Of a stretch of 55,761 nucleotides of DNA, positions 27,994 to 37,067 are shown piece after piece. A program made the position numbers and the translations under genes. The DNA is taken from IMG/VR virus record IMGVR_UViG_3300037483_001815, positions 1-55,761 of that record, one strand, 5' to 3'. The notes beneath the pieces were generated by a model that saw nothing but the letters and a program-made list of their open reading frames with translations, did no database searches and had not been told where the DNA came from. The first letter of the stretch is position 1; each line of letters opens with the position of its first letter. This DNA comes from a virus (Duplodnaviria > Caudoviricetes).

Positions 27994-28419
27994 TCAGCCC
28001 CGGCGCAGCTGCTCCGCCAGGTTCACGGCCCGGTGGCCCACTTCCCTGGACCACTTTGAATCAAGCAGCTCCTCGGCGGCCAGGGGGTAATCACCGGCGC
28101 CAAGCGCAGCCAGCATCTTTTTGAAACCGAGAAATCTCGGCAGCCCCAGGGCAAAGCACATATTGAAAAGCACCAGCTGGCGGGCCTGGGACAACTGCGT
28201 TAAAAACGGCACATTGGCGGCCAGCTCGCCGTCCACCCGGGCAATATCGTTATAAAGCAGCAACATGGCCTCGGAGCGGCTGATACCGTTGCTCTCCAGG
28301 TTGCGGCCGACGCCTATGGTCAATTTCCCCCCTGGGCAGAAGTATGGCTTCAGGGATATATCCTCATCATCTATCAGCTTCTTTGTCAGCTGCGCCAGTG
28401 ACTCATGGTCAAGCATCAT
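27994..28419 (-). CDS. Endolysin, T4-lysozyme-like muramidase
   Basis: E-X8-C-X5-T catalytic triad (DE DISLKPYF C PGGKL T IGVGRN); LFNMCF, ELLDSKW. Confidence 0.9.
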   Translation of the reverse strand: MMLDHESLAQLTKKLIDDEDISLKPYFCPGGKLTIGVGRNLESNGISRSEAMLLLYNDIARVDGELAANVPFLTQLSQARQLVLFNMCFALGLPRFLGFKKMLAALGAGDYPLAAEELLDSKWSREVGHRAVNLAEQLRRG

Positions 28420-28595
28420 TTCGGCATCTCCTTCGGTACAACGAACCGGAATACCTGCGGCCCGGGATTCTCTATCCTTTCATCATACATGGACCCGCAA
28501 CGCGGGCAGCGCTGCGGGTCAACCCATTCCTGGGCGTCCTCAATGCTGGTGGTCTTGCACTGCAGACATATCCGGACATCGCCATCCGCCACGGC

Positions 28596-29165
28596 TTAGG
28601 CCCCTGTCTCGGATCCGCTGCCGCCGGCAACTACGTCAGCCAGGTCAGAGAGCTTGGCCGCGCCGGCTGGGGCCTGGTTTTGCACCATCTCATCCTCCCG
28701 CTCGTAGATCCACTCGCCCACCTCGATCAGGCGGGCCTGCCCCCACCAGTCGGGCCGATCGGGAAAACCCATCTCCATCCAGCTCTTGGCCCCGGACACG
28801 GCAGAACCCGTCTTGACGCCCCGCCGGCGGTACATGGTCATGTCGAGTGTGCTGTTGGCCCCGTCATCGAGCGGCCGGAAATCGGAACTGGCGGACAACT
28901 CCGCCTGCTGCTGGGCCGCGTAATAATCCTCGGACAATTTCTTGCCCAGGGACCGCCACCATCTCAGGGCGAGGTTGAGCTGCACCGGGGCATGGATAAC
29001 GTCCGTCAACTCCTTCTCGCTCATCACCGGCGCCCCATCCTTGTAACCGTACACCCCGTTGTGGTGCAGGAAGAGGTTTCCCCCGGAACTGTTGGCCCAG
29101 CTGCGCAACACCTTGACGGTCATGGATGTGTTGGCCCCAGACCTTTTCACCTTCAAAATCTGCAT
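28596..29165 (-). CDS. Hypothetical late protein
   Basis: 189 aa, GGAG RBS. Confidence 0.7.
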   Translation of the reverse strand: MQILKVKRSGANTSMTVKVLRSWANSSGGNLFLHHNGVYGYKDGAPVMSEKELTDVIHAPVQLNLALRWWRSLGKKLSEDYYAAQQQAELSASSDFRPLDDGANSTLDMTMYRRRGVKTGSAVSGAKSWMEMGFPDRPDWWGQARLIEVGEWIYEREDEMVQNQAPAGAAKLSDLADVVAGGSGSETGA

Positions 29166-29225
29166 ATCGTTTCTCCATCATCCGCCCGGCCGCAAAGCAG
29201 CCGGGCGGTCTAATCCGTATAGATT

Positions 29226-29684
29226 TTACGCCGAAGCATCCACGGCATTATCCAGGTTGCCCCAGCTCTCCGCCGCATGCTCCACCACCAGCGACGGCCG
29301 GACGGCACCGGCGGCGCCGGTACCGGCGGCGATCTGCGTCAACTGCATAACCACCTCCTCGCCCGGCTCCAGATGCACCCTGGTCGTTGGCATGAAGTAC
29401 AGGAATTTGCCGGCGGCAGCGGTACCCAACTCGAAAACACCCACGTCTCCATCGCCGCGACTGGTGTCCGATCCGGCGGTGGGCCGTTTGTCCATCTTGA
29501 CGATGGGGGTCGTGGTGGCCCCCGCGCAGGCGGTGGTCACGCACAGACCGGCATAGAGCACGTCACAGGGGAACGGGGCGGTAAAGACGGCCAGGTCACC
29601 GGCCGCCTGGGTCAGCGCCAGACCTGCCGCGCTGGCCGTGCCGATCAACTGGACCGGCAGGGAACTGATATGATCACCTAACAT
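29226..29684 (-). CDS. Capsid decoration/cement protein
   Basis: 152 aa A/G/T-rich beta protein immediately after MCP, GGAGG RBS. Confidence 0.65.
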   Translation of the reverse strand: MLGDHISSLPVQLIGTASAAGLALTQAAGDLAVFTAPFPCDVLYAGLCVTTACAGATTTPIVKMDKRPTAGSDTSRGDGDVGVFELGTAAAGKFLYFMPTTRVHLEPGEEVVMQLTQIAAGTGAAGAVRPSLVVEHAAESWGNLDNAVDASA

Positions 29685-29723
29685 TGCAAAAATCCTCCAT
29701 CCGGAACACGTCCGGGTTATTTT

Positions 29724-30674
29724 TTACAGGGAGCCGACCCGGATAACCCTGGCCTCTCGGTCATCAGCGGTCATAAATGTGCAGCCGAAAGCAACCAGGC
29801 CATACCAGATGATGGCATGGCGACGGCCGAAGTCGCCTTTATAGTTGGGATCCGCCCGCAGATGGGGGGCGTCAACCTCAACCCGACGCACCGCGTCATC
29901 GCCGAAGATGAAACCCTCGCCCAGGACGCTGCCGGTTCCCACGCCGTTGGACAGCGCCTGCTCGTGGGATACTTCGACAAAACGCACATTCTCCGCCTTG
30001 CCGATCTCGCTCTTGAAAATGATGTCGCCCTTGGCCAGGTACTTGTGCCACTCCTGCAGCTGGGTGTCGTTTTTCAGCCCGCGCAGGGCCTTGGTGGCGA
30101 ACGTGCCGATATAATCGCCGCCGTCGAAAAACGGCACATGCAGGTCATTGACCATATAGTCCCGCAGCAAGGCGATATGGGCCATGGTTAGGTTATTGGT
30201 GGCCGACACACTGTGCGCCCCGTCGGTATCAATGGTGCCTCCGGTGGCGCTGGTCGGGGTAAAGCAAACCTTGGCCTCCTTGAAACCCGTGGCGGCCCCG
30301 GTGTCCATGCAGGCGTTCATCTGGTCGAGCAGCCGTTTCTGGCCTCCCTCCTTTGGGCTGACCTTGGAAAACTCATGGGCCAGGTTGGTGTAGCCGACGC
30401 CGCGGCCCCACTCCACTACGGTGATGGTCCGGCCGGCCATCTCCAGCTGCTCGACGGGCACCCGCTGACGCTCGTCAAGCTGCGGGCTGTCCGGCTCATC
30501 CAGGGCCTTATAGTATGGCAGGGTCACAGACTGGCCCATGCCCGCGCCGAAATTCGGCTGTTTTTTGGTAAACCGCACCAGGGTAAAATCCCGGGCGGCG
30601 ATTTTCAGTAATTCGTTGGACAGTGCGTGGTTTTTCCAAACCCCGTCCGCCGCATCGTATTGCCATGTAAACAT
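29724..30674 (-). CDS. Major capsid protein (HK97 fold)
   Basis: Size and position after scaffold; EIGKAENVRFVE, FIFGDDAV, DFGRRHAIIWYG motifs; AGGAG RBS before ATG 30674. Confidence 0.85.
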   Translation of the reverse strand: MFTWQYDAADGVWKNHALSNELLKIAARDFTLVRFTKKQPNFGAGMGQSVTLPYYKALDEPDSPQLDERQRVPVEQLEMAGRTITVVEWGRGVGYTNLAHEFSKVSPKEGGQKRLLDQMNACMDTGAATGFKEAKVCFTPTSATGGTIDTDGAHSVSATNNLTMAHIALLRDYMVNDLHVPFFDGGDYIGTFATKALRGLKNDTQLQEWHKYLAKGDIIFKSEIGKAENVRFVEVSHEQALSNGVGTGSVLGEGFIFGDDAVRRVEVDAPHLRADPNYKGDFGRRHAIIWYGLVAFGCTFMTADDREARVIRVGSL

Positions 30675-30686
30675 TATCAATCGCTC

Positions 30687-31652
30687 CTATGCTAAGGTGC
30701 GACCCCGGTCAGCCTCCGCTATGGCGTCGTCCAGGGACAGGCTCACAACAGCGCCCGGTTGGGCGCCCCCTTGAGCCGGCCCGGTAAAACTCCCACCCCG
30801 CTCAAGGGGCAGGTTGAACTCCTGCATAAGCTCGCTGCGCTGGGCCGCGTGGAATTTTCTTGCTTTATCCATGGTCATGGATACCTGTTGTTCAAATGTC
30901 AGTGGTGTGCCATCAGGTCCCTGGTTAGGGGCGGACCTGGAAAGACCCCAGAAGATGATCCTTTCCGCCTCTGAAAACTGCTGGGACTCCAGCATGCCGG
31001 TCACCATGGCTGCCGCCTGCTCTGCCCCGTCCTGGTCGGCTGCGCCCTGGTCAACTGCTCCCTGGTCGGCTCCGCCCTGGTCGGCAGGGGTGTTGGGCGG
31101 CAGCTGCACCGCCTCCCTGGTTCTCTGGTAAGCGTTGATCTCCAGATTCGTCTTGGCCCATATCTTGGCCACATTATCGTCGTAGTCCTCTGTTTCCGGG
31201 CTGAGACTGTTAATGGCGGCCAGGGCTTCTTTGTTCTTGCTGACGGCGAACTGCTCGATCTCAACCTGCAGGTCCTGCTGATTTTTTTTATCCTCCTGGA
31301 CCTTATAGGTTTCCAACTGTTTACGAAGCTCGGCATTGTGCTGCTCCGCCTTGGAGGTTCTGGACTGCAGCTCGGTATAGCCCTTTTCAGCGTCCTCATG
31401 GGTCTTAAACCTGGTCTGCGGTTTCTCCTCCGCCTCACCCTGTTTTTCACCTGCCGCCGGCGACTGCTCGCCTGCCTGGACTGCCGGCGACTGCTCGCCT
31501 GCCTGGACTGCCGGCGGCTGCTGCCCGCCGGCCGGATCGGTTGGTTTTTCACCCGCTGGCAACGGCTCTCCATTATTCTGGCTTTCCGCTGGCGGCATCT
31601 GAAAAATTAATGCACCGTCTTTCATTGCCTGATCAAGATCAATACCTGACAT
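30687..31652 (-). CDS. Capsid scaffolding protein
   Basis: Acidic disordered N-terminus, RFKTHEDAEKGYTELQ coiled coil; AGGAGG RBS before ATG 31652. Confidence 0.85.
   Translation of the reverse strand: MSGIDLDQAMKDGALIFQMPPAESQNNGEPLPAGEKPTDPAGGQQPPAVQAGEQSPAVQAGEQSPAAGEKQGEAEEKPQTRFKTHEDAEKGYTELQSRTSKAEQHNAELRKQLETYKVQEDKKNQQDLQVEIEQFAVSKNKEALAAINSLSPETEDYDDNVAKIWAKTNLEINAYQRTREAVQLPPNTPADQGGADQGAVDQGAADQDGAEQAAAMVTGMLESQQFSEAERIIFWGLSRSAPNQGPDGTPLTFEQQVSMTMDKARKFHAAQRSELMQEFNLPLERGGSFTGPAQGGAQPGAVVSLSLDDAIAEADRGRTLA
31454..31520. repeat. 27-bp tandem repeat in scaffold gene (SPAVQAGEQ units)
   Basis: gccggcgactgctcgcctgcctggact twice plus a partial copy. Confidence 0.85.
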
Positions 31653-31665
31653 ATCTATACCTCCT

Positions 31666-31778
31666 GTGGCGTTGTCCTGTTCCAAGGGGCCACTCTGGTG
31701 TGTGCGGCGTGGTCCTGTTCCCAGGGGCCGCGGTTTATATCAAAGCCTGGCGTGGTCCTCGCTTTGAGGGGCCTGGCT
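31666..31778 (-). promoter_or_regulatory. Three tandem RNA hairpins with a shared internal loop in the scaffold leader
   Basis: GGC-C-CCT-loop-AGG-AC(C/A)AC-GCC three times, with different but paired outer stems; last copy abuts the RBS. Confidence 0.75.
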
Positions 31779-31780
31779 GA

Positions 31781-32104
31781 TTACTCTTTTCTGGCGTACC
31801 GCTTGACCATCTCCTGGGCCGCCAGCTGGGCTGAAAACTTCCGCTCCCCGAATCTTTTCAGCAGATCAACCAGGGATTTGGCCTCCGGATCAAGACTGAC
31901 CAGGGTGGTAACCCTGACGGTCAGCCGCTCCTCTATCAGCCCCAGCAGAACATCAGCCGCCTGGCTTTCCGACACGCCCATAAATCCCATCTGCCGCAGC
32001 AGGGTGGACTTATCCTCGGCCGCGTCGGCCCTTTGCCGGTCCCGCTGCACCATCTCCGCCGGCATGCCGCTGACAATATCAATCTCCGTCCGTCCCTCGC
32101 TCAT
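31781..32104 (-). CDS. Hypothetical protein between portal and scaffold
   Basis: 107 aa, ATGA-coupled to portal. Confidence 0.75.
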   Translation of the reverse strand: MSEGRTEIDIVSGMPAEMVQRDRQRADAAEDKSTLLRQMGFMGVSESQAADVLLGLIEERLTVRVTTLVSLDPEAKSLVDLLKRFGERKFSAQLAAQEMVKRYARKE

Positions 32105-33933
32105 GCCGCATTTCCTCCGCCTTCTCCCTGGCCGTCCGGTTGGGGAGGAGCCAACATCATATTGATCCGCAGCTGCTGCAGCTTATCGCCGACCTCTTTG
32201 GACAGGAAAATGTTCTCATCCTGCAGGCCGGTACGCCGCTCCAGGGCCTGCAGCACGTTGTAGGGCATGATATACGGCCCGTAAGCCGGATCATTGGTCA
32301 TAGGGATAATGGTGCGCACCAGGGTGGCCACCGTCTCGGCGTCCTTCATCAGCTTCTGGATGCCGGACACATGGAATGCCCCGCTCATTCTCGGCAGACC
32401 TTGGATAATCCCGTCCCGGCCCAGGCTCAGGCCGTATTTCCGCATACCTTCGTCACCCAGCATGGCCTGGTAATCCTGCCAGCCTGCCCAGGCTTCCACT
32501 ACCTCCCGCCCGGCGCTTACCCCCTGGACGGCGCCCAGTTCCACATTGGTGCCCATCAGGGAAAACACCTCCATGGCCTGCCCCAGGTTCTGCTCGCTCT
32601 CCCGCCAGGTCATATCCTGCCGGTACCCCGGCAAACCCTGCACGCTGTCGGAAACAGCGGTCCCCCGCTGATAGTTCTGGTCGTGGTACTGCAGATTAGC
32701 CAGCACGGAGCCGGTTACATCCCGGCGGGAAACCTGGCGCACGGCCTGCTGTCCGTTCAGGCTGTCATGGGTCAGATAGGACCGGCCTGGCGCTGTTTTG
32801 ACATCCTCAGGATCAACCAGGGCGTCGACGTTAATCTCGGTCATGGGATTGACCAGCCACTTCATGGCGTCCTCATGCAGACACATCAGGTTGCACATGG
32901 CCTCCCAGGTCGTGCGGATACCATCCAGCAGCCCGCGGCCACCCAACTGCAGCAGGTCCGGCTGGGGGGAAAACATCACGCTGGGCCAGCGCAGGGTGTG
33001 ATAGCGCACCCCGGCGGGGGCCTTGATCAGGCGGCCGCCCATCACGCTGTAGGTCGCCCTGGGCAGCAGCAGTTCACCATTCGGGGACAGCACCGTGCCC
33101 CAAAACTCAAAGACCCGGCCCATTTTCATAAATTTTGATCTGGTCCAAATCTGGTCCTTGCGGGCCGCCAGGGCCTCCCTGGTCATGAACGGGTTATCCG
33201 GATTTTCATCGTTGGTGTTGAACCCTTCATCAATATTCTGCAGCAGCCCCTTGTCCGCCTGGGCCTTGAGCTGATAGAAATGCTTCCACTCCTGGTGGAT
33301 CCAGAAAACGCCGGACTGGGGATCACGGGGAGAAGCGTCCGGATCCCGGCAGATCTTCCACGGCTCGATCAGCTCATACTGCAGCCCCTTGCCCGGCACC
33401 CAGCGTGGCTTCATATCCATGGACTCACCCACCGCCAGGCCCATGGTGGTGGCGTCGACAAAGCGGATGACGAAATTAGCGTGCCGGTTGTCAAGCTGGG
33501 TGTTCATCACCTGTTTCCAGAACTTCGCCGGCAACTGCTGCAGCGGGTCCTCGATACTGAGAAAGTCGGGGGAAAAGCTCTTGCGGATCTGGGCCGCGGC
33601 AAACTGCACCGTATTGTACGGCCTGGGAACAATGATCCGGCTTTGCCAGGCCGCCTTGCGAGCAAAGGAAAACGGCTCCTTCTCCTTGTAAACCCGGTAG
33701 CATTCCGCCTGTACCTGACGGACATCCTTGCGGGACTGGTTGTCAGTATTGACGCAGTCCATGCAGTAATCGACCAGGTGCTTTTCATCCTCCAGGGAAT
33801 AGCGGCGGGCAGCCTGCTCCCGCTCCGCCAGCTCCTTCCCATCCATGCGAGAAGGACCGCCACGCTGAATCCGGCGAAAACTGTCCAGCAGAGGGTACAG
33901 GGCATTTTTTCTGATTTTCTGCAGATCAATCAT
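32101..33933 (-). CDS. Portal protein
   Basis: 610 aa after TerL; P22-like portal features (DPDASP, VFEFWG, GGRGLL, GTAVSDSVQG). Confidence 0.85.
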   Translation of the reverse strand: MIDLQKIRKNALYPLLDSFRRIQRGGPSRMDGKELAEREQAARRYSLEDEKHLVDYCMDCVNTDNQSRKDVRQVQAECYRVYKEKEPFSFARKAAWQSRIIVPRPYNTVQFAAAQIRKSFSPDFLSIEDPLQQLPAKFWKQVMNTQLDNRHANFVIRFVDATTMGLAVGESMDMKPRWVPGKGLQYELIEPWKICRDPDASPRDPQSGVFWIHQEWKHFYQLKAQADKGLLQNIDEGFNTNDENPDNPFMTREALAARKDQIWTRSKFMKMGRVFEFWGTVLSPNGELLLPRATYSVMGGRLIKAPAGVRYHTLRWPSVMFSPQPDLLQLGGRGLLDGIRTTWEAMCNLMCLHEDAMKWLVNPMTEINVDALVDPEDVKTAPGRSYLTHDSLNGQQAVRQVSRRDVTGSVLANLQYHDQNYQRGTAVSDSVQGLPGYRQDMTWRESEQNLGQAMEVFSLMGTNVELGAVQGVSAGREVVEAWAGWQDYQAMLGDEGMRKYGLSLGRDGIIQGLPRMSGAFHVSGIQKLMKDAETVATLVRTIIPMTNDPAYGPYIMPYNVLQALERRTGLQDENIFLSKEVGDKLQQLRINMMLAPPQPDGQGEGGGNAA

Positions 33934-34189
33934 GGCCGAACGTTGCCGCGTAATTTTCAGCGTAGCCCTTGCTCACCCGGCCGGGGCTCCAGTCGCTGGT
34001 GGCGTGCTCATGATTCGGGCAGCCTTTCTTGCACTCGCCCGTTCTTGGCTCGCCGTTCCAATCCTTCTCCGTCTCGGTCACTGCACCGCAACCCGTACAC
34101 TTGAAAACAGGTTCGCCCGGGTCATAGGGGCCGCCTTCGCGCATCTCCCAATAGCCGTCAAACTTTCCTTTCGGTTTTACCTTCTTCAT
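33926..34189 (-). CDS. Small Cys-rich (zinc ribbon) protein
   Basis: CTGC...CKKGC motifs. Confidence 0.65.
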   Translation of the reverse strand: MKKVKPKGKFDGYWEMREGGPYDPGEPVFKCTGCGAVTETEKDWNGEPRTGECKKGCPNHEHATSDWSPGRVSKGYAENYAATFGHD

Positions 34190-34198
34190 TCCCTCTCC

Positions 34199-35635
34199 TT
34201 ATCCCCGGCCCGGGGCGTAACTCATGGCGACGCGCATGTTTTCCTCACGCTGCGCCCGACGCTGGACAGAGCCTGCCGCCGGCCGGCCGCTGTCAAGTTG
34301 GGGCAGCAGTAACGGCACCCCATGGCTTAATGCGTCGCCAACATGGGAATACTCATCTTTCACCGGGGTGGTGCCGATGGGCTTGCCGTTGTTGTCCTTC
34401 TTCCAGTGCCAGCCGCCGTTTAATGCCTTGTGTACGGCATGGGCGCTGCTGGACACACATATTTTCTCCTCGCCGTTGACACACTTGGTCAGCATGGCGG
34501 CCTGCAGCGGGTTGATCCGCTGGGGCCAGCGGGAAGGCCCCGGCTCAAATCTGGTACCAAGCTTCTTTTCAATCAGTTTGGCCGCGCTCTTGGTCCGGGT
34601 GGACTGGTCCGGGGTGGCCATGGTTGGATCGCCAATGTCCCGCCACTGGTCTATCTTGCCCTTGTATTTCTCGCCGGCCAGCATGGGAGTTACCATCTCG
34701 TCAATCAGCACATCAACTCCGCAGCCCTGGCCCACCAGCACATCATGGAGCCAGAGGCGGCCAGGCGGCAAAAACTGGCCGATCACGCAGACCGGGTTAT
34801 GCCAGCCGTCCCAAAAACGAATACCCTGAGCGCCCGGTATCACCGGCAGCACCCGATCGGCAAAATGGGCCTTGGCACTGTAGCCCGGCACCACCTTGAC
34901 CCCTCGCTGGATGGGGGCGGCCCGGCCTTCCACGTAACGGGCGAACTTGCCTGGGTCCCGTTGGAACGCGGCCCGGTTGGCCGCCCTGGTGTGGGGGTTC
35001 AGAAATTTGTTGTCCCCATAGGGGATACGGAAACACTGTTTGCGGATACACACCCCGGTGTCCGGATCCCGGGCGAAAATCTCCGGCTCCCAAAACAAAT
35101 CTTCCGTCCAGTGCTCCTCATCCGCCGGGTTCTGCGTAATCTGCACCCGCATTTTGGTGCCGGTCTGGCGGGAGGCCCGGGCCACCGCCATGTCGAACAC
35201 ATCGCGGGACAGGCCGGCGTTGTTTTTTTCCAGCACAGGAGCCGGCTCCTCGAGCATGATGAAACTGACAATCAAAGATTGGAATTTAGAGAGTGCCCCT
35301 TCGTCGCCGGCGCCGAACAGAAACAGCTCTACTTTGGGGCTACTGTGGATTACCAGCCGCTTACTGTCGTCATGCACCGAGACATAGTCTCCCAGCAGCT
35401 CGATAAAATCAGGGACTGTGGTGTTTTTGATGTTGATGTGGGTATCGCGGATGATGGCCCCGCGTATATCGCGGCCGCAGCGGACGGCATGGGCCATGAT
35501 AGCGACAATGCCCGCCGTGGTTTTTCCCTCTCCCATGGGACCGCATATCTGCACGATCTCGGCGTCCGAATGGACAAAGGCCGACTGAGTGGGGGACAGG
35601 TCAAAGACCAGATCTCGGTCAGCCACGGTTGCCAC
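34199..35635 (-). CDS. terL: Terminase large subunit
   Basis: PTQ motif, Walker A GPMGEGKT, Walker B FIMLEE, TQNP coupling motif, nuclease IGDP and SHVGDAL. Confidence 0.92.
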   Translation of the reverse strand: MATVADRDLVFDLSPTQSAFVHSDAEIVQICGPMGEGKTTAGIVAIMAHAVRCGRDIRGAIIRDTHINIKNTTVPDFIELLGDYVSVHDDSKRLVIHSSPKVELFLFGAGDEGALSKFQSLIVSFIMLEEPAPVLEKNNAGLSRDVFDMAVARASRQTGTKMRVQITQNPADEEHWTEDLFWEPEIFARDPDTGVCIRKQCFRIPYGDNKFLNPHTRAANRAAFQRDPGKFARYVEGRAAPIQRGVKVVPGYSAKAHFADRVLPVIPGAQGIRFWDGWHNPVCVIGQFLPPGRLWLHDVLVGQGCGVDVLIDEMVTPMLAGEKYKGKIDQWRDIGDPTMATPDQSTRTKSAAKLIEKKLGTRFEPGPSRWPQRINPLQAAMLTKCVNGEEKICVSSSAHAVHKALNGGWHWKKDNNGKPIGTTPVKDEYSHVGDALSHGVPLLLPQLDSGRPAAGSVQRRAQREENMRVAMSYAPGRG

Positions 35636-36293
35636 CGTTGATGGTAAACATCACCCGGGCCTGATCCTTGCCCCGGTCAGATGGCTTGACTTCATGCACC
35701 GGCCCCTCTGAGGAGCGATCCATAATGATGATATTGCCCTTGCTGTCCGCGTCCAGCCCGGTGGCGTGGCGCAGTTTCAGCTCGATGATGCTGGCCGCGG
35801 CCTTGATGGCTTTCAGCCGGTTTTCCATCTTCTCGTCGGCCATGCTGATATAGACCAGGCTTTTCTTGATGACGTCTTTAACCAAAGCCGCCCTGGTCGA
35901 GGAATTTTTATCAAAATGATAACTATTAAAAATAGCCGCCCAGGCGTCCACCTCGCCGGCGATGGCTGCGGCGGCATCCGCCGTGCGCTCGATGAGCACC
36001 GGCATGTCCATCCTGGACCAATCCAGGCAGGTGGCCTCCATCTCCTCCAGGGCGTCCAGGTCTTTTGGCAACTCCTTGTTGACATGGTCATAAACCACCT
36101 GCCGGGCAGCAGCGCGGAAGTCATCCTTTACCCTGGACAGATACCTGGCCACCGAGGCGTCGGAGATCTTCACCCCGTCCTCGCGCAGTTTTTCAGCGAT
36201 TGCTTTGGCGGTACGGATATTATCCGTGAGGTAATAGTCCCTGACCCGATCGGCCAGGCCAAGACGCTCTATTTTTGATACGTCGTTTGCCAT
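35619..36293 (-). CDS. terS: Terminase small subunit
   Basis: N-terminal HTH (AKAIAEKLREDGVKISDASVARYL), overlaps terL start. Confidence 0.7.
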   Translation of the reverse strand: MANDVSKIERLGLADRVRDYYLTDNIRTAKAIAEKLREDGVKISDASVARYLSRVKDDFRAAARQVVYDHVNKELPKDLDALEEMEATCLDWSRMDMPVLIERTADAAAAIAGEVDAWAAIFNSYHFDKNSSTRAALVKDVIKKSLVYISMADEKMENRLKAIKAAASIIELKLRHATGLDADSKGNIIIMDRSSEGPVHEVKPSDRGKDQARVMFTINGGNRG

Positions 36294-36915
36294 TGGCTGC
36301 CCTTTAAAAAGCGGCAGCCGGGCGGGGTGGGGGTGTAGGAGACAAAGGAGAAATTAAGAGAAAAGGAAAAGGTGGTCGCCCGGCTGCCTTCAGGGAACAG
36401 CTTACTTTATGTTTTTAAAAGATCCGGGGAGGCCGGGAAAAATGCAGACTGACAGGCCATGATAAGCCGCGAAACAGTGGCAACCGCAGGTGTGCTCCTG
36501 CGTTTCCTGCAAAAAAACTTGTTGACATGGTTTTAAAAAAGGCGAAGCAGGGGGAAAAAAGCCAGAACAACGGCGGAGATTCCCCAGGCCATAACTTACT
36601 ATACTTCCCCCCGCCCCCTTCCAGGGTTTTTTGCGGGGTCATGGGTGTGACTGAAAAAGTTTGAAAAATCCAAGACGGTGCATATTGATGGGGGGGGAGG
36701 AGTCCCGGATCCCGCTGTTCCCATCTGGCCAATGCCGGCCTTGCCATACCCTGCGTGCGTGCCTACCCCCCCCCATTGTCACCCACGATGCACGGCAGCC
36801 AGGCGGCGGCAGGCTGCTGGCCAGCAGCCTGCCCATCGGTGGGCGGGCTGGCACGCACCACGGCCGTGCAGTAAAAGGGAAAGCCGATCCCGCTGTTTCG
36901 CCGTTTTTTTGTTAT

Positions 36916-37030
36916 GTCTAAAAAGGTACACCTTAATAGACGACCGCGATCTCGCCAGGAACCTTGTCAAAAAAGGTGGCAGCTATTTAATTGACAACAA
37001 AACCAAAAAGGTCTATAACCTTTTTATGTT
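36916..37030. promoter_or_regulatory. res-like site: three inverted-repeat subsites upstream of resolvase
   Basis: GTCTAAAAAGGT-AC-ACCTTAATAGAC (36916-36941); GTCAAAAAAGGT...ATTTAATTGAC; AAAAAGGT-CTATA-ACCTTTTT. Confidence 0.7.
36991..37019 (+). promoter_or_regulatory. Sigma70 promoter of resolvase
   Basis: TTGACA-17 nt-TATAAC, overlapping the res subsites as in autoregulated resolvases. Confidence 0.8.
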
Positions 37031-37067
37031 TAACAATGTTCAACAACCGCAAACAGGAGAACACACC

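Noticed and set aside
29182-29208. GC hairpin after the decoration gene as a terminator
   Set aside because: No U-tract on the coding strand; could be a stability or processing element but is unsupported
31666-31778. Mini CRISPR array
   Set aside because: Repeats vary internally, spacers are only 10-12 nt, and there are no cas genes; better explained as RNA hairpins
36415-36921. ORFs in the terS-resolvase intergenic region and the 130-codon N-terminal extension of the resolvase ORF
   Set aside because: Low-complexity translations over G/C homopolymer runs; promoter and RBS support a start at 37068. A pac site may lie here but cannot be supported
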